Assembly (NCBI GenBank): GCA_004431415.1
Contig: QPMI01000563.1
Location: 163,627-227,626, forward strand
Direction: 5' to 3'
Source of the DNA: Cyanophora paradoxa CCMP329
Taxonomy: Eukaryota > Plantae > Glaucophyta
DNA length: 64,000 bases
Below are positions 8,512 through 17,918 of this stretch, piece by piece. Both the position numbers and the translations under genes were made by a program. The notes beneath the pieces are model-generated. The model saw nothing but the letters and a program-made list of their open reading frames with translations, ran no database searches and had not been told where the DNA came from. Position 1 is the stretch's first letter; the number at the start of each line of letters is the position of its first letter.

Positions 8512-11500
8512 ATGAGCTTCAATTACCCACCAAATCTAGAAACCATTCAAGATGATAATGCAGGCAGCACCAAGCATGTGAACTTTGATAATATTAAAGT
8601 AAAGGGTTCAGTTTCAATTGACCACAGCTCTGATAATTCATCAAAGACTCAATCAAGGGAGCATGCTTTATCTGTGAATCAAACCGATCCAGATAAAGAG
8701 GAGGTCAGTGTTGCTTTTAGTTTGGGTAATGTGAAAGCAAACCAAGTGGCAGAGATCAAAGCAACAAGAAGGAGACCTAGGAAATTAAAAACCAGTGGCA
8801 CTCACCCAGATATACCTTCCAGGTTCGATAGTGGTCGATTGATTTTCAATGTTCAAGATGAGCAGGGCAAACAGAACACAGCTTTGCGAATTTACAATGA
8901 GGGCAGCACTGCAAAAGCTGAGGTCCCCCAAGTATTGCAAGTGGGTCCCATTGCCAACACAAATCAGGTCTCCTACACAAATGATGTATACCCCAAGGAT
9001 ATTACATATGACTTTGCGAGGAATGAGCCTTTTGGGTTTTTTACTCCAAAAGATGTCCATCAAAAAAAGCCATCAATTACAATCAACAGTAGCCCCAGTC
9101 AACCAGTAGCAATCCATTTACACCCTGATTTAGTCGAAATGGATAGGCACCTTTTGCCTTTGTATAGCAATGTGAAAGACCTTGGAATTCGAACCAGGCA
9201 ATGGCGAAATATCCATGGCAGCAATGTGTATGCAAATGGGGAGAAACTTGTGAGTGAGAAAACTCTAAGGGAAATAATCGAGCATTATGGTCCCAATGGA
9301 CCAACAGTCCCATTCCCTATTCCATTTCCAAATGGACCTCCCGATTTAACACCAAAGAAGCAGCCTGGAAGAGAATACACAGCAACTGAAGATGTAGCCT
9401 TTGGGCAGCATATTGTTAGTTGGGAGCAAGTTCGCAATAAACCTATAATTGAACCCAGAAAGCAAATAGATGAGCAGTATTTACCTCCTGAAGTCGATAT
9501 ATTAGAGCTTGATGAATATCAATTCGTTCCAGATGAGGAAGAATATTTACCAGATGGTTTTGACCCACAAGAATATGAATATGATCAGTTTGATCCCAAT
9601 GAGGAGGAGATACTACCAGATGGCTTAGATCCACAAGAGTTTGAGTATGAGCAGAACTATGAACCTGATGAGGAGTATTTGCCAGATGGGCATGATCCAC
9701 CAGCTGTTGATTATGAGCAACCTTATGAACCCCATGAGGAATTGTTACCAGATGGATTTCGACCTGAGATCTGGGAGTTCTTTCCTGATTATGAACAAAT
9801 TAATAATAAACCTGCAAAGTATCCCCCAGAGGATCACAATCATGATTGGGATGAGATCTTAGGCAAACCTCAGAAGTATCCACCAGAGGATCACAGGCAT
9901 GATTGGGGAGAAATTGATGGGATTCCAACTGAGTTCCCACCAAGCAAACATGAACATACTTGGGATGAGATCAATGACCAACCAGAATTCGCAAAGGTAG
10001 AGCCTCTTGATAACTTGGGGGTTTCTCTTTATCAGACTTGTAATGTCCCAGAAAGGATCTTTTTGAATGAACACTATGTACATGTGAATGGGACACTTGC
10101 AAATTCAGCTATGAGAGGACCACTTCATATTAGGACATTACCAGGCTCTTTTGAAACCCCACCACCACCAGGAGCAACCATACCAAATATCTTTGTGTCA
10201 AGCTACATGGAGGCTGACATTCCCACAGATACATTCAGAGTCCCAACAGACCCAGCAACCTACCAAAATTACAACTCTGCTATACAGGTTCATGTAGCAG
10301 ATGTAAGCAGCTTAGATGGCTCAAGACCAATGATAGTTTTCAGTCGAGATAAGTATTCCTACATTCCCATAGTGGGAACTGCAAATGATAATTATGGAAG
10401 GGCAGAGCTTGCATGGATTAAAACAGATTATGGTGGGGTTCTGGAAGCCAATCAAAGAATGGCTGCAAAAAACATACACAATGAGAGCATTTCGAGAGTA
10501 GTCACAGAGGATTACCTTCAAGCTCAAAACTACATAGATGAAACAGAACTAAATACAATCATTGCAGGTATAGGTATTGGTGTTACAGGCAATTACCTCC
10601 CTCTCACAGGTGGGACTATTGATGGAACAGTAACAGCATGTAACTTCTTTGTCCATACTGAAAGCAATCAAACCTTTCCTGTGGTTCATCCAGGAGGTGA
10701 GTATGAGATACCTGATGATCCAGCTATTATGCCCATTAAGATTGATCTCCCTTCTGATTATGTAGGAAGGGGTGAACTAAAGACCATCTCTTTCACAGGA
10801 GATTATAATGATCTCATAAATAAACCCACCCCATCCAATTTACACCCTGTTGCATACTCAGGTAGTTTCCTTGATCTTAATAATAGATCACACACCCACA
10901 CAAAGGCAGAGATCACAGATTTCGCACACACTCACACAAAATCCCAGATAACAGATTTTGCACACACCCACACCAGAGCAGATATCACGAATTTTGCTCA
11001 CACCCATTTTAAATCTGAGATCTCAGATTTTGCTCACACTCACACAAAGTCACAGATTACAGATTTTGCACACACTCATGTCAAGAGTGAGATAACAGAT
11101 TTTGCACACACTCATGTCAAGAGTGAGATTACAGATTTTGCTCACACTCACACCAAAGGTGAAATTACAGACTTTGCTCATACTCATACAAAATCCCAAA
11201 TTACAGATTTCGCACACACCCACCTTTGGGGAGATATTACAGATCGACCTACTCTGGATCCATTCACAGCTACCACTATAAGAGCCAACAACACAATGTA
11301 TGTAGGATCAGGTCAGATTGTAGAACCAGCAGGACCTATGTTTGAAGAAACATGGTTCTTCCACAATTCGCAGAATTACTTTGATAAAACCTTACTTGTT
11401 CGTGGAAATGCATATGCAAGGAATTTCTATGCTATGAACCCCTCAAATAATGCGACCATCAGTCGATGCATTACAGAAGCAGATCTTTCCAGTCAACTCA

Positions 11501-11811
11501 ATGCATATTTTAATGGGAAAATTCAAGCAGGTAAGTATGTTTACACTACTCCTGTTTTAAATTACAATAATCTGTATGTGTTCAATCTTACTATCTATTT
11601 TACCAATGCCTTTGCTTCTCCTCCTGTTGTTACAGCAACTGTAAGGCATGAAGGACAAGAACCAAATTATCAAGTAACTCCCGTCATTTTTACTGTGAAC
11701 CTGTTGAATGTTTACAGTAACTATTTCACCTGTGAACTTTTCACTGATCCATATGCAATGAATAATTCATCCAAAACTGTAACAATCCATTACATTGCTG
11801 TCGCAATTTAA
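8512..11811 (+). CDS. Large repetitive fibre/spike-like protein
   Basis: Acidic EEYLPDG.DP repeats, PPEDH.HDW.EI..KP repeats, YLPLTGGTI.G motif, ten HTHxKxxITDFA repeats, and a C-terminal F..AFASPPVVTAT domain as in phage tail fibres. Confidence 0.8.
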   Translation: MSFNYPPNLETIQDDNAGSTKHVNFDNIKVKGSVSIDHSSDNSSKTQSREHALSVNQTDPDKEEVSVAFSLGNVKANQVAEIKATRRRPRKLKTSGTHPDIPSRFDSGRLIFNVQDEQGKQNTALRIYNEGSTAKAEVPQVLQVGPIANTNQVSYTNDVYPKDITYDFARNEPFGFFTPKDVHQKKPSITINSSPSQPVAIHLHPDLVEMDRHLLPLYSNVKDLGIRTRQWRNIHGSNVYANGEKLVSEKTLREIIEHYGPNGPTVPFPIPFPNGPPDLTPKKQPGREYTATEDVAFGQHIVSWEQVRNKPIIEPRKQIDEQYLPPEVDILELDEYQFVPDEEEYLPDGFDPQEYEYDQFDPNEEEILPDGLDPQEFEYEQNYEPDEEYLPDGHDPPAVDYEQPYEPHEELLPDGFRPEIWEFFPDYEQINNKPAKYPPEDHNHDWDEILGKPQKYPPEDHRHDWGEIDGIPTEFPPSKHEHTWDEINDQPEFAKVEPLDNLGVSLYQTCNVPERIFLNEHYVHVNGTLANSAMRGPLHIRTLPGSFETPPPPGATIPNIFVSSYMEADIPTDTFRVPTDPATYQNYNSAIQVHVADVSSLDGSRPMIVFSRDKYSYIPIVGTANDNYGRAELAWIKTDYGGVLEANQRMAAKNIHNESISRVVTEDYLQAQNYIDETELNTIIAGIGIGVTGNYLPLTGGTIDGTVTACNFFVHTESNQTFPVVHPGGEYEIPDDPAIMPIKIDLPSDYVGRGELKTISFTGDYNDLINKPTPSNLHPVAYSGSFLDLNNRSHTHTKAEITDFAHTHTKSQITDFAHTHTRADITNFAHTHFKSEISDFAHTHTKSQITDFAHTHVKSEITDFAHTHVKSEITDFAHTHTKGEITDFAHTHTKSQITDFAHTHLWGDITDRPTLDPFTATTIRANNTMYVGSGQIVEPAGPMFEETWFFHNSQNYFDKTLLVRGNAYARNFYAMNPSNNATISRCITEADLSSQLNAYFNGKIQAGKYVYTTPVLNYNNLYVFNLTIYFTNAFASPPVVTATVRHEGQEPNYQVTPVIFTVNLLNVYSNYFTCELFTDPYAMNNSSKTVTIHYIAVAI
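10891..11250 (+). repeat. Ten 36-bp coding repeats (HTHTKSQITDFA)
   Basis: Directly visible tandem units. Counterpart at about 26960-27320. Confidence 0.92.
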
Positions 11812-11830
11812 CTATTTGATTAATATAAAG

Positions 11831-12898
11831 ATGACCTCTCTATTAGAAATCCCAAACTATGAACTTGCAGCCAAATCACTGCACAGCACCTCTCATGGAG
11901 TAGTTGATTCAACCCCTGGGTATATTTGTACTGAAACTTCAAGTAATACCTCTTTCACAGAGAATAATATACTCAGAGTCAAAGAAATTCGATGTGATAG
12001 AAATGGAGGCAAGATAAGAACCACAGGAATTATTATTTCGAATAAAAATCAGGTTCAAGCAGGTCAAGTAGTCCCAGATTCAGCAATATATGATAATGTA
12101 GGTGGATTTACCACAGCACAGATAGTTTCTTTTGGTAACACAAGTAATACTTCCGCTCTTGTAGTCAAGAGTGGAGGAGCATACTTTGGAGAGGCATTAA
12201 AGGTGAATGGAACAGTAACAGCATCCATACTAAATGCTGGAAGTGGAATGTTTGAGAGTCCAATAAATTTTGAGGGTGGATATAATGCGAGTAGTTTTTC
12301 AGTTGGTGTTGGTGTCTTTTCCACAATGTTAAACACACCTGAAATTGAATCATCGAATGCACTCAATATCAAGAGAAATGCAGTGGTTACAGCAACCATA
12401 AACAATGTTTCCCCTTCAATAAATCTAATTAAATATCTGAAAGCTCCTCACCCTCGGTTTTGTATTGTAAATTATTCAACATCAGCAGTTACTGTGGGAA
12501 CCACATCAACAGCAAGAAGATTCGCTTTTAACAGAACTCTTGTGGATGCAAGCAATAATATCACATTATCCACAGGCACCTTTACAGCACCTGTGTCCGG
12601 AATTTATAGATTCTTCTTCATTGTTCAAATGTCAACAGCTTCATCAACAGGGGAGTGTAGAGTTGCATTTAGAAAGAATGATTTGGCTCTTTCCCCTCAA
12701 TCGGTTCAAGAATTTTCAACTTACAATGGAAGGCGAAGTGTTCATATGGAGGCTTCTTTTGCTGTATATGCGAACGAATTTGTGAATGTTATACAAACCT
12801 GGACATCGTCCATGCAATATGATGCTACAATACAAGGTATTACCTGTTTTGGGGGCATCTCATCAGTAGATTATAAACTTTTTGTTGGGAATTTATAG
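11831..12898 (+). CDS. Fibre protein with C-terminal C1q-like domain (paralogue 1)
   Basis: GTFTAPVSGIYRFFF C1q signature. Shared N-terminal module KEIRCDRN.GKIRTT...ALVVKSGGA. Confidence 0.8.
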   Translation: MTSLLEIPNYELAAKSLHSTSHGVVDSTPGYICTETSSNTSFTENNILRVKEIRCDRNGGKIRTTGIIISNKNQVQAGQVVPDSAIYDNVGGFTTAQIVSFGNTSNTSALVVKSGGAYFGEALKVNGTVTASILNAGSGMFESPINFEGGYNASSFSVGVGVFSTMLNTPEIESSNALNIKRNAVVTATINNVSPSINLIKYLKAPHPRFCIVNYSTSAVTVGTTSTARRFAFNRTLVDASNNITLSTGTFTAPVSGIYRFFFIVQMSTASSTGECRVAFRKNDLALSPQSVQEFSTYNGRRSVHMEASFAVYANEFVNVIQTWTSSMQYDATIQGITCFGGISSVDYKLFVGNL

Positions 12899-13921
12899 AT
12901 GGCTACCCAAATTGCAGTTCCTGTTTTCTGTTATGCAGCACCTAAATTGCATCAACTGAACCACACAGTTACAGATGCTATTCCCGGGTTTATTTGCACA
13001 GAAACCACAGGAGCAGATTCATTTACTCAAAATTCAATTATCAGATGCAAGGAAATTCGATGTGATAGAAATGCTGGAAAAATACGAACCACACAATTAA
13101 TCGTAAGTAACAAGAATCAGGTTTTACCAGGTGGTGTAGTTGCTGATGCAGCTATTTATGATGATGCAGGTGGGGTGACCACACCACAAATTGTTACTTT
13201 TGATGGGACAGAAAATAATGCAGCACTTGTAGTTAAATCAGGTGGAGCATGGATAGGTTCGGGAGCTTTTGTGAATGGAACACTCTCAGCTACAAATGTT
13301 TCAATTTCAGGAACAACAACATTTACAGGTGTTGTGAATGCAAATGGTGGTCTTTTTGTTCCTACTTATACAGTCCCTGTGATGACCGCAACCACAAAGA
13401 TACAAACACCTGAAATAGATACAGGAGCAAATGTAGATCTGATTCTGAAACGAAATAGCACAGAAGTCGCACGAATTGATGCAGGGGGTCTTACAATCGC
13501 AGCAAACTTTTATTTGAAGCAAGAAACCCAACCTCGATTTTGTGTTGGGTTTGGTGTAGCAACAAGAAGTGGAGTATATGGGCGTCTTACTAATTGGTTG
13601 CATGAATTCTTTGATAATACCAACTCATTTGATGTAGTAGAAGGGAAATTCACAGCGCCTATAAGTGGAGATTATAGATTCTCTCTTAATTCTTATAGTA
13701 TTGTTACCTCATCTGTGAGTGTAGATCTGAAAGTAAATGATCAGAATGTTTCAACAGAATTCAATTTCAGGGTAAACAACTCACAAACAGTAACCAACAA
13801 AACAATCATTTTGAGCGCAATACTCAGACTTGGAGCCGGGGATAATGTCTCTATTTATGCTGTTGATACTTCCATTTCAGAATTCACAACGTTTAGTGGC
13901 GAATTGCTGAGCATAATTTAA
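12899..13921 (+). CDS. Fibre protein with C-terminal C1q-like domain (paralogue 2)
   Basis: GKFTAPISGDYRFS...LRLGAGDNVSI...TTFSGELL, with the same N-terminal module. Confidence 0.82.
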   Translation: MATQIAVPVFCYAAPKLHQLNHTVTDAIPGFICTETTGADSFTQNSIIRCKEIRCDRNAGKIRTTQLIVSNKNQVLPGGVVADAAIYDDAGGVTTPQIVTFDGTENNAALVVKSGGAWIGSGAFVNGTLSATNVSISGTTTFTGVVNANGGLFVPTYTVPVMTATTKIQTPEIDTGANVDLILKRNSTEVARIDAGGLTIAANFYLKQETQPRFCVGFGVATRSGVYGRLTNWLHEFFDNTNSFDVVEGKFTAPISGDYRFSLNSYSIVTSSVSVDLKVNDQNVSTEFNFRVNNSQTVTNKTIILSAILRLGAGDNVSIYAVDTSISEFTTFSGELLSII

Positions 13922-13940
13922 TTTCTACAAGTAGTTTAGA

Positions 13941-14204
13941 ATGTCGAATATATACCAAGTAGTTCTGACTGATACCGAAAAGTTGGGAATGGAATATTGC
14001 GCTGCTTCTGTTCAGGACTGGATTGATAATGCTGCCCACAACAGGGCAAGAATCGCAATTGATGAGATTGTTCAGAAAGAGATCCAATCTTGCATCTCAT
14101 CAGGAGTTCAGATACCAACCTCAAAGGAAGCGATTGTATTACAGGCATTCCAAAGGGGAACTGTAAAGAAAGGTATCGAGTATAATAATGTCACAGAAGA
14201 GTAG
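13941..14204 (+). CDS. Small phage-like protein downstream of C1q fibres (possible fibre chaperone)
   Basis: TDTE...MEYCAASVQDWIDNAAHNRARIAIDEIV resembles, from memory, small proteins that follow tail-fibre genes in aquatic phages. Near-identical copy in element B. Confidence 0.6.
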   Translation: MSNIYQVVLTDTEKLGMEYCAASVQDWIDNAAHNRARIAIDEIVQKEIQSCISSGVQIPTSKEAIVLQAFQRGTVKKGIEYNNVTEE

Positions 14205-14242
14205 TGTACATTATTTTTCTTTCCTTCTTAGTAAAAGAAGCA

Positions 14243-15088
14243 ATGGGTGAATATAATCGAGTTCAACTTCCAATATATTCCCTTGGATCCCCTGCAATGC
14301 ACTTTCGCCAGCATGAAGTTAATGATGAGGTTCGTGGTTTAGAATCCACAGAGAGACCCAATTCCAATGGTAACTCCTTTGATAAAAATTCGATTATTCG
14401 AGTTAAAGAGCTGAGAGCTGATAAGAATTCAGGTGTGGTTAAAACAACTCGACTTCTTGTCACAAATGCTAACTTTTTCCAGCCTACAAATGGAGGTCCT
14501 GATGCTTACAGTGTTGATCTGAAAGCCCTGGATTTCGATAAGAATTCTGCAGCTGTTACTGTGAGATCAGGAGGAGCATTTATTGGGGGTGGCTGCAGAG
14601 TTTCAGGTCAACTCTCATCCTCAATTTCGTATAATGATGTCCCAGATACTCTTGAGCAGAATGTTGAAGACCCCCAACGAATTCGATTATATATACCAGT
14701 TGCACAACAGCCACTTATTCAATTTTACCAAGGTTATACTGTCACACTTGAAAACTCTGAATTAATTGAAGGAACCAAAAGAGTAATGAGAGGGCTGGTC
14801 ATTCCTTCTGCAATGCTTTCTTTATGTAGAGCCAACAATAACCAGCCAGGTCACAGATACAATTTCAGTGTTCAAGGATATGATCATTTTGGCACAGGGT
14901 TCTGTGTTTATAATAACAATTTCACCTATGATCTGTTTGTTACAGATATTGGAAAATATACAATTACAGTTATGGGTATCAGAACAGATATAGCTGCTGT
15001 CTCAGCTCTTAGAGGTGTTACTCCTGATACTCTTTCTCAAACAGGGTTTTACATGGAGCCAGATGTAATTGATGACCCAACCCCATAA
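14243..15088 (+). CDS. Fibre-family protein (paralogue 3)
   Basis: IRVKELRADKNSGVVKTTRLLVTNAN...AAVTVRSGGAFIG N-terminal module with a non-C1q C-terminus. Confidence 0.75.
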   Translation: MGEYNRVQLPIYSLGSPAMHFRQHEVNDEVRGLESTERPNSNGNSFDKNSIIRVKELRADKNSGVVKTTRLLVTNANFFQPTNGGPDAYSVDLKALDFDKNSAAVTVRSGGAFIGGGCRVSGQLSSSISYNDVPDTLEQNVEDPQRIRLYIPVAQQPLIQFYQGYTVTLENSELIEGTKRVMRGLVIPSAMLSLCRANNNQPGHRYNFSVQGYDHFGTGFCVYNNNFTYDLFVTDIGKYTITVMGIRTDIAAVSALRGVTPDTLSQTGFYMEPDVIDDPTP

Positions 15089-15111
15089 AAGATATATCCC
15101 TTTAATGTAAA

Positions 15112-15963
15112 ATGGCTGAGCAACCCCCACTTGAACGAATTATTACACCTCAACTATCATTAGCTGCCCCAGCAAACCATGTTTTACAGCATGCTACCTT
15201 TGATGATGTAGAGGGTCTCCAATCAACAGAGGTCCAACCTACAATGAACACCTTTGGTTCCACCCACAAGCTGAGATTACAGGAACTCAGATGTGATAAA
15301 AATAATGGAATAGTTAAGACAACTAAGCTACTTGTCACAAATGCAAACTTTTCTGCTCATTATGGAGACCCAGATAGCTATGGAGATCCTCTGTCTACTT
15401 ATTCTTTTGAATCTAGGTCGGGAGCTATTAACTGCAAATCGGGGGGAGCTTATATTGGTGATGGTCTTCGGGTTGGTGGGGCTGTTGGAGCGCCTTTATT
15501 TGTGAATGATCAACCCAATCCCATTGATCCTAACACCAGAATTCGAACCTATGTCCCCAGCATGAATGCCCCATACATTATCAAGATATTCCCAATTGTT
15601 GTGAATGAACAAACAGCAGTAGTAGACTCTCTTGTTGAAATTGGTGACCACTACAAGGTAGTTGTGGATATCCCACCAGATGTTTATGCTCTTTGTCAAG
15701 TAGAGGGTGGAACTCCTAATTTTGCAGTTGTGATCACCCCATATGATAATTTTGGTATTGCTTATCATGGAGTCAATTTCGGTTTGGAAGACTATCAGTT
15801 TCTGGTTAGAGCCACCAAGTTTGGTATCTACAAGTGTGTATTATATGCTGAGAGAACCGATTTTATTGCAAGGCAGAATACCTATGCTGAGTATTATGGC
15901 ACAAATCGATATTTCCCCATTTTGGGCAGGATACTGCTCCATAAGAATATTGGTTATATATAG
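15112..15963 (+). CDS. Fibre-family protein (paralogue 4)
   Basis: LRLQELRCDKNNGIVKTTKLLVTNAN...GAINCKSGGAYIG. C-terminus resembles paralogue 3 (YD.FG...G.Y......RTD). Confidence 0.75.
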   Translation: MAEQPPLERIITPQLSLAAPANHVLQHATFDDVEGLQSTEVQPTMNTFGSTHKLRLQELRCDKNNGIVKTTKLLVTNANFSAHYGDPDSYGDPLSTYSFESRSGAINCKSGGAYIGDGLRVGGAVGAPLFVNDQPNPIDPNTRIRTYVPSMNAPYIIKIFPIVVNEQTAVVDSLVEIGDHYKVVVDIPPDVYALCQVEGGTPNFAVVITPYDNFGIAYHGVNFGLEDYQFLVRATKFGIYKCVLYAERTDFIARQNTYAEYYGTNRYFPILGRILLHKNIGYI

Positions 15964-15966
15964 AGT

Positions 15967-16239
15967 ATGGATAGTAAAACAAAAAAGTTTATTGATGCTG
16001 CTATGACAGTTCATGGTAAAGATAAATTCGATTACAGTGAGACACATTACATCAAAGCTCAAGAGAAAGTATCTGTTAGATGTTTGCAGTGTAACAAGGT
16101 GATCCTTACATATCCCTTTAATCATGTGAAGGGATCAGGTTGTAGGGAATGCAACAAAAAGCATTCTCAGGCTTACAGGAAAAGGGCTACTTCATCAATC
16201 AAAGTAGAGTACAGGGATATTTGCATTAGGTTCGATTAG
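15967..16239 (+). CDS. DUF723-like zinc-ribbon protein
   Basis: FI.AA..VHG..FDYS...Y......V..RC..C...P.NH..GSGC.EC. Confidence 0.8.
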   Translation: MDSKTKKFIDAAMTVHGKDKFDYSETHYIKAQEKVSVRCLQCNKVILTYPFNHVKGSGCRECNKKHSQAYRKRATSSIKVEYRDICIRFD

Positions 16240-16268
16240 GATTAATTAATTTTTCTAAGGTATTCTTA

Positions 16269-16667
16269 ATGGAGACTAAATACAGAGGCTTTCATGTAAT
16301 GCTTGATTACAAGGCTAAAACAGCTATAGCAACAGGTTATGAGCATGTTAGCTTTCTTGGTAATTGGATTATGAGAACCCTTGAACAAGCAATATTGAGA
16401 CAAGGTATTAGGATTGTTCATAAACACTGTGAGATATTTGATGGGAAACTATCACCTCCTGGTTTTGCATTGGTTCTGCTATTAGATGAAAGCCATTGTA
16501 CAGCTCATTGTTATTCCAATGAAGGCATGTTAGCAATTGATATATTCAGTTGTGGTAAAGAAGCTCAGCATAAAACACAAGCAGTAGCAGATGAGATCGA
16601 TAAAACAATGAATTTCCTCACATTTGAGAAGACTGAGAGACATAAACATGATAGATTCCCGTTTTGA
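16269..16667 (+). CDS. speD: Pyruvoyl-dependent S-adenosylmethionine decarboxylase-family proenzyme
   Basis: G.H...D, PPGFALVLLLDESHCTAHCY..EG.LAIDIFSCG with the ESH self-cleavage site. Confidence 0.9.
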   Translation: METKYRGFHVMLDYKAKTAIATGYEHVSFLGNWIMRTLEQAILRQGIRIVHKHCEIFDGKLSPPGFALVLLLDESHCTAHCYSNEGMLAIDIFSCGKEAQHKTQAVADEIDKTMNFLTFEKTERHKHDRFPF

Positions 16668-16904
16668 TGAGTTTCTATAATGATGATCAGGGTGATTTAC
16701 CTTTTTTATTACAATAGCTTTCTACAATGATTATTTTCCGGATTCCGGTCATTCTTTACGATAGAAATTCTACTGTATGATGTAGCCGAAATATGAATGC
16801 ACCCTACATTAAGCAATGTCAAGTATTTCGAATACTATTCGATTTCATTACAGTAAAACTCAACATTCCCCTTGATTCCCCCTATTATATTATATTTATA
16901 TTTA

Positions 16905-17345
16905 AGTGGACTCAAGGTTGACTCATATTAATCGTAAAAGTAGTAATAGTATATGGATTTTGTTACGAATTCAATGCAAGGGTTGACTAAGTGGGTTGAG
17001 TTGACTCAAATTTCACAGGAAATATTTGGGACCTAAAGTTTTCTAAAAAGGATTTCAAAAAATGTGTCAACTCCCCCCACTTAGTCAACCCTGACCATAA
17101 ACAGTAAGGATTTGAGCTAACATGTATCACAAAGTGAACATATTGAGTCCACTCCACTTAGAAGATCCACTTTTGAAATCCAAGTTGATTTTGCTTGAAA
17201 TTTCAAAGTTGATCTAAAAGTGAGTCCACCCTGATTGATTATGGTAACAAAGTTGAATAAGTTGACTAAGTTGAGTCATCTAAAGAAATTCAAGGAGACT
17301 AAGAGTTCAAAATGTTTATGAAAAGTGAGTCAACTTAGACCACTT
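16905..17345. repeat. Iteron-like inverted arrays (GTTGACT/AGTCAAC) in the terminal region of element A
   Basis: ggttgactaagtgg (16981) faces ccacttagtcaacc (~17077-17090) across an A/T-rich spacer, with further copies nearby. Confidence 0.7.
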
Positions 17346-17622
17346 ATGGTAACAAAATTAAATATTAAATTGATTTAATTGGAAAAGAACATGATTTAAT
17401 CGTATTTATTGATATAATTCCGATTAGATTCATTTAGGATTCAATTAAGATCAATCGAAGTTATTGATATAATTCCGATTAACTACAATTAAGATACAAT
17501 ATCGATTAATCGAGTTTATCGATATAACATCGATTAAATTAATTGAAAATGCATATAAAAACATGAAAATTCATGTGAAAATTCAAATAAATTAATCGAT
17601 TTTATTGATATAACATCGAATC

Positions 17623-17695
17623 ACACATATGAATATTCATATTTTAATCCTGAGGCGGAACGCCGAGGGATTAAAATATGAATATTCATATGTGT
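17623..17695 (+). other. Terminal hairpin of element A
   Basis: Perfect 28-bp inverted repeat (17623-17650 / 17668-17695) around T-GA-GGCG-GAA-CGCC-GA-G. Confidence 0.9.
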
Positions 17696-17786
17696 GTGAC
17701 GCGGCACTGATGCATCGCCCGGCCGCGCCGGCGCCGGCGCCGGCGCCGCCGGCGCCCACAGCTCGTTTTTTGTTTTGGTGAATTGG

Positions 17787-17918
17787 TGAAAATTCATGTG
17801 AAAATTCAAATAAATTAATCGATTTTATTGATATAACATCGAATCACACATATGAATATTCATATTTTAATCCTGAGGCGGAACGCCGAGGGATTAAAAT
17901 ATGAATATTCATATGTGT
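17787..17918 (+). repeat. Exact second copy of the last 132 bp of element A
   Basis: Identical to 17564-17695, separated from it by 91 bp of mostly GC-rich host-type DNA. Confidence 0.92.

Larger units (their letters stand above)
1..17695. mobile_element. Endogenous Polinton-like virus, element A (partial; continues beyond window start)
   Basis: AT-rich, gene-dense block with packaging ATPase, MCP, pentons and fibres. It ends in ...CATATGTGT at an abrupt switch to GC-rich host DNA and is homologous to element B. Confidence 0.9.
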
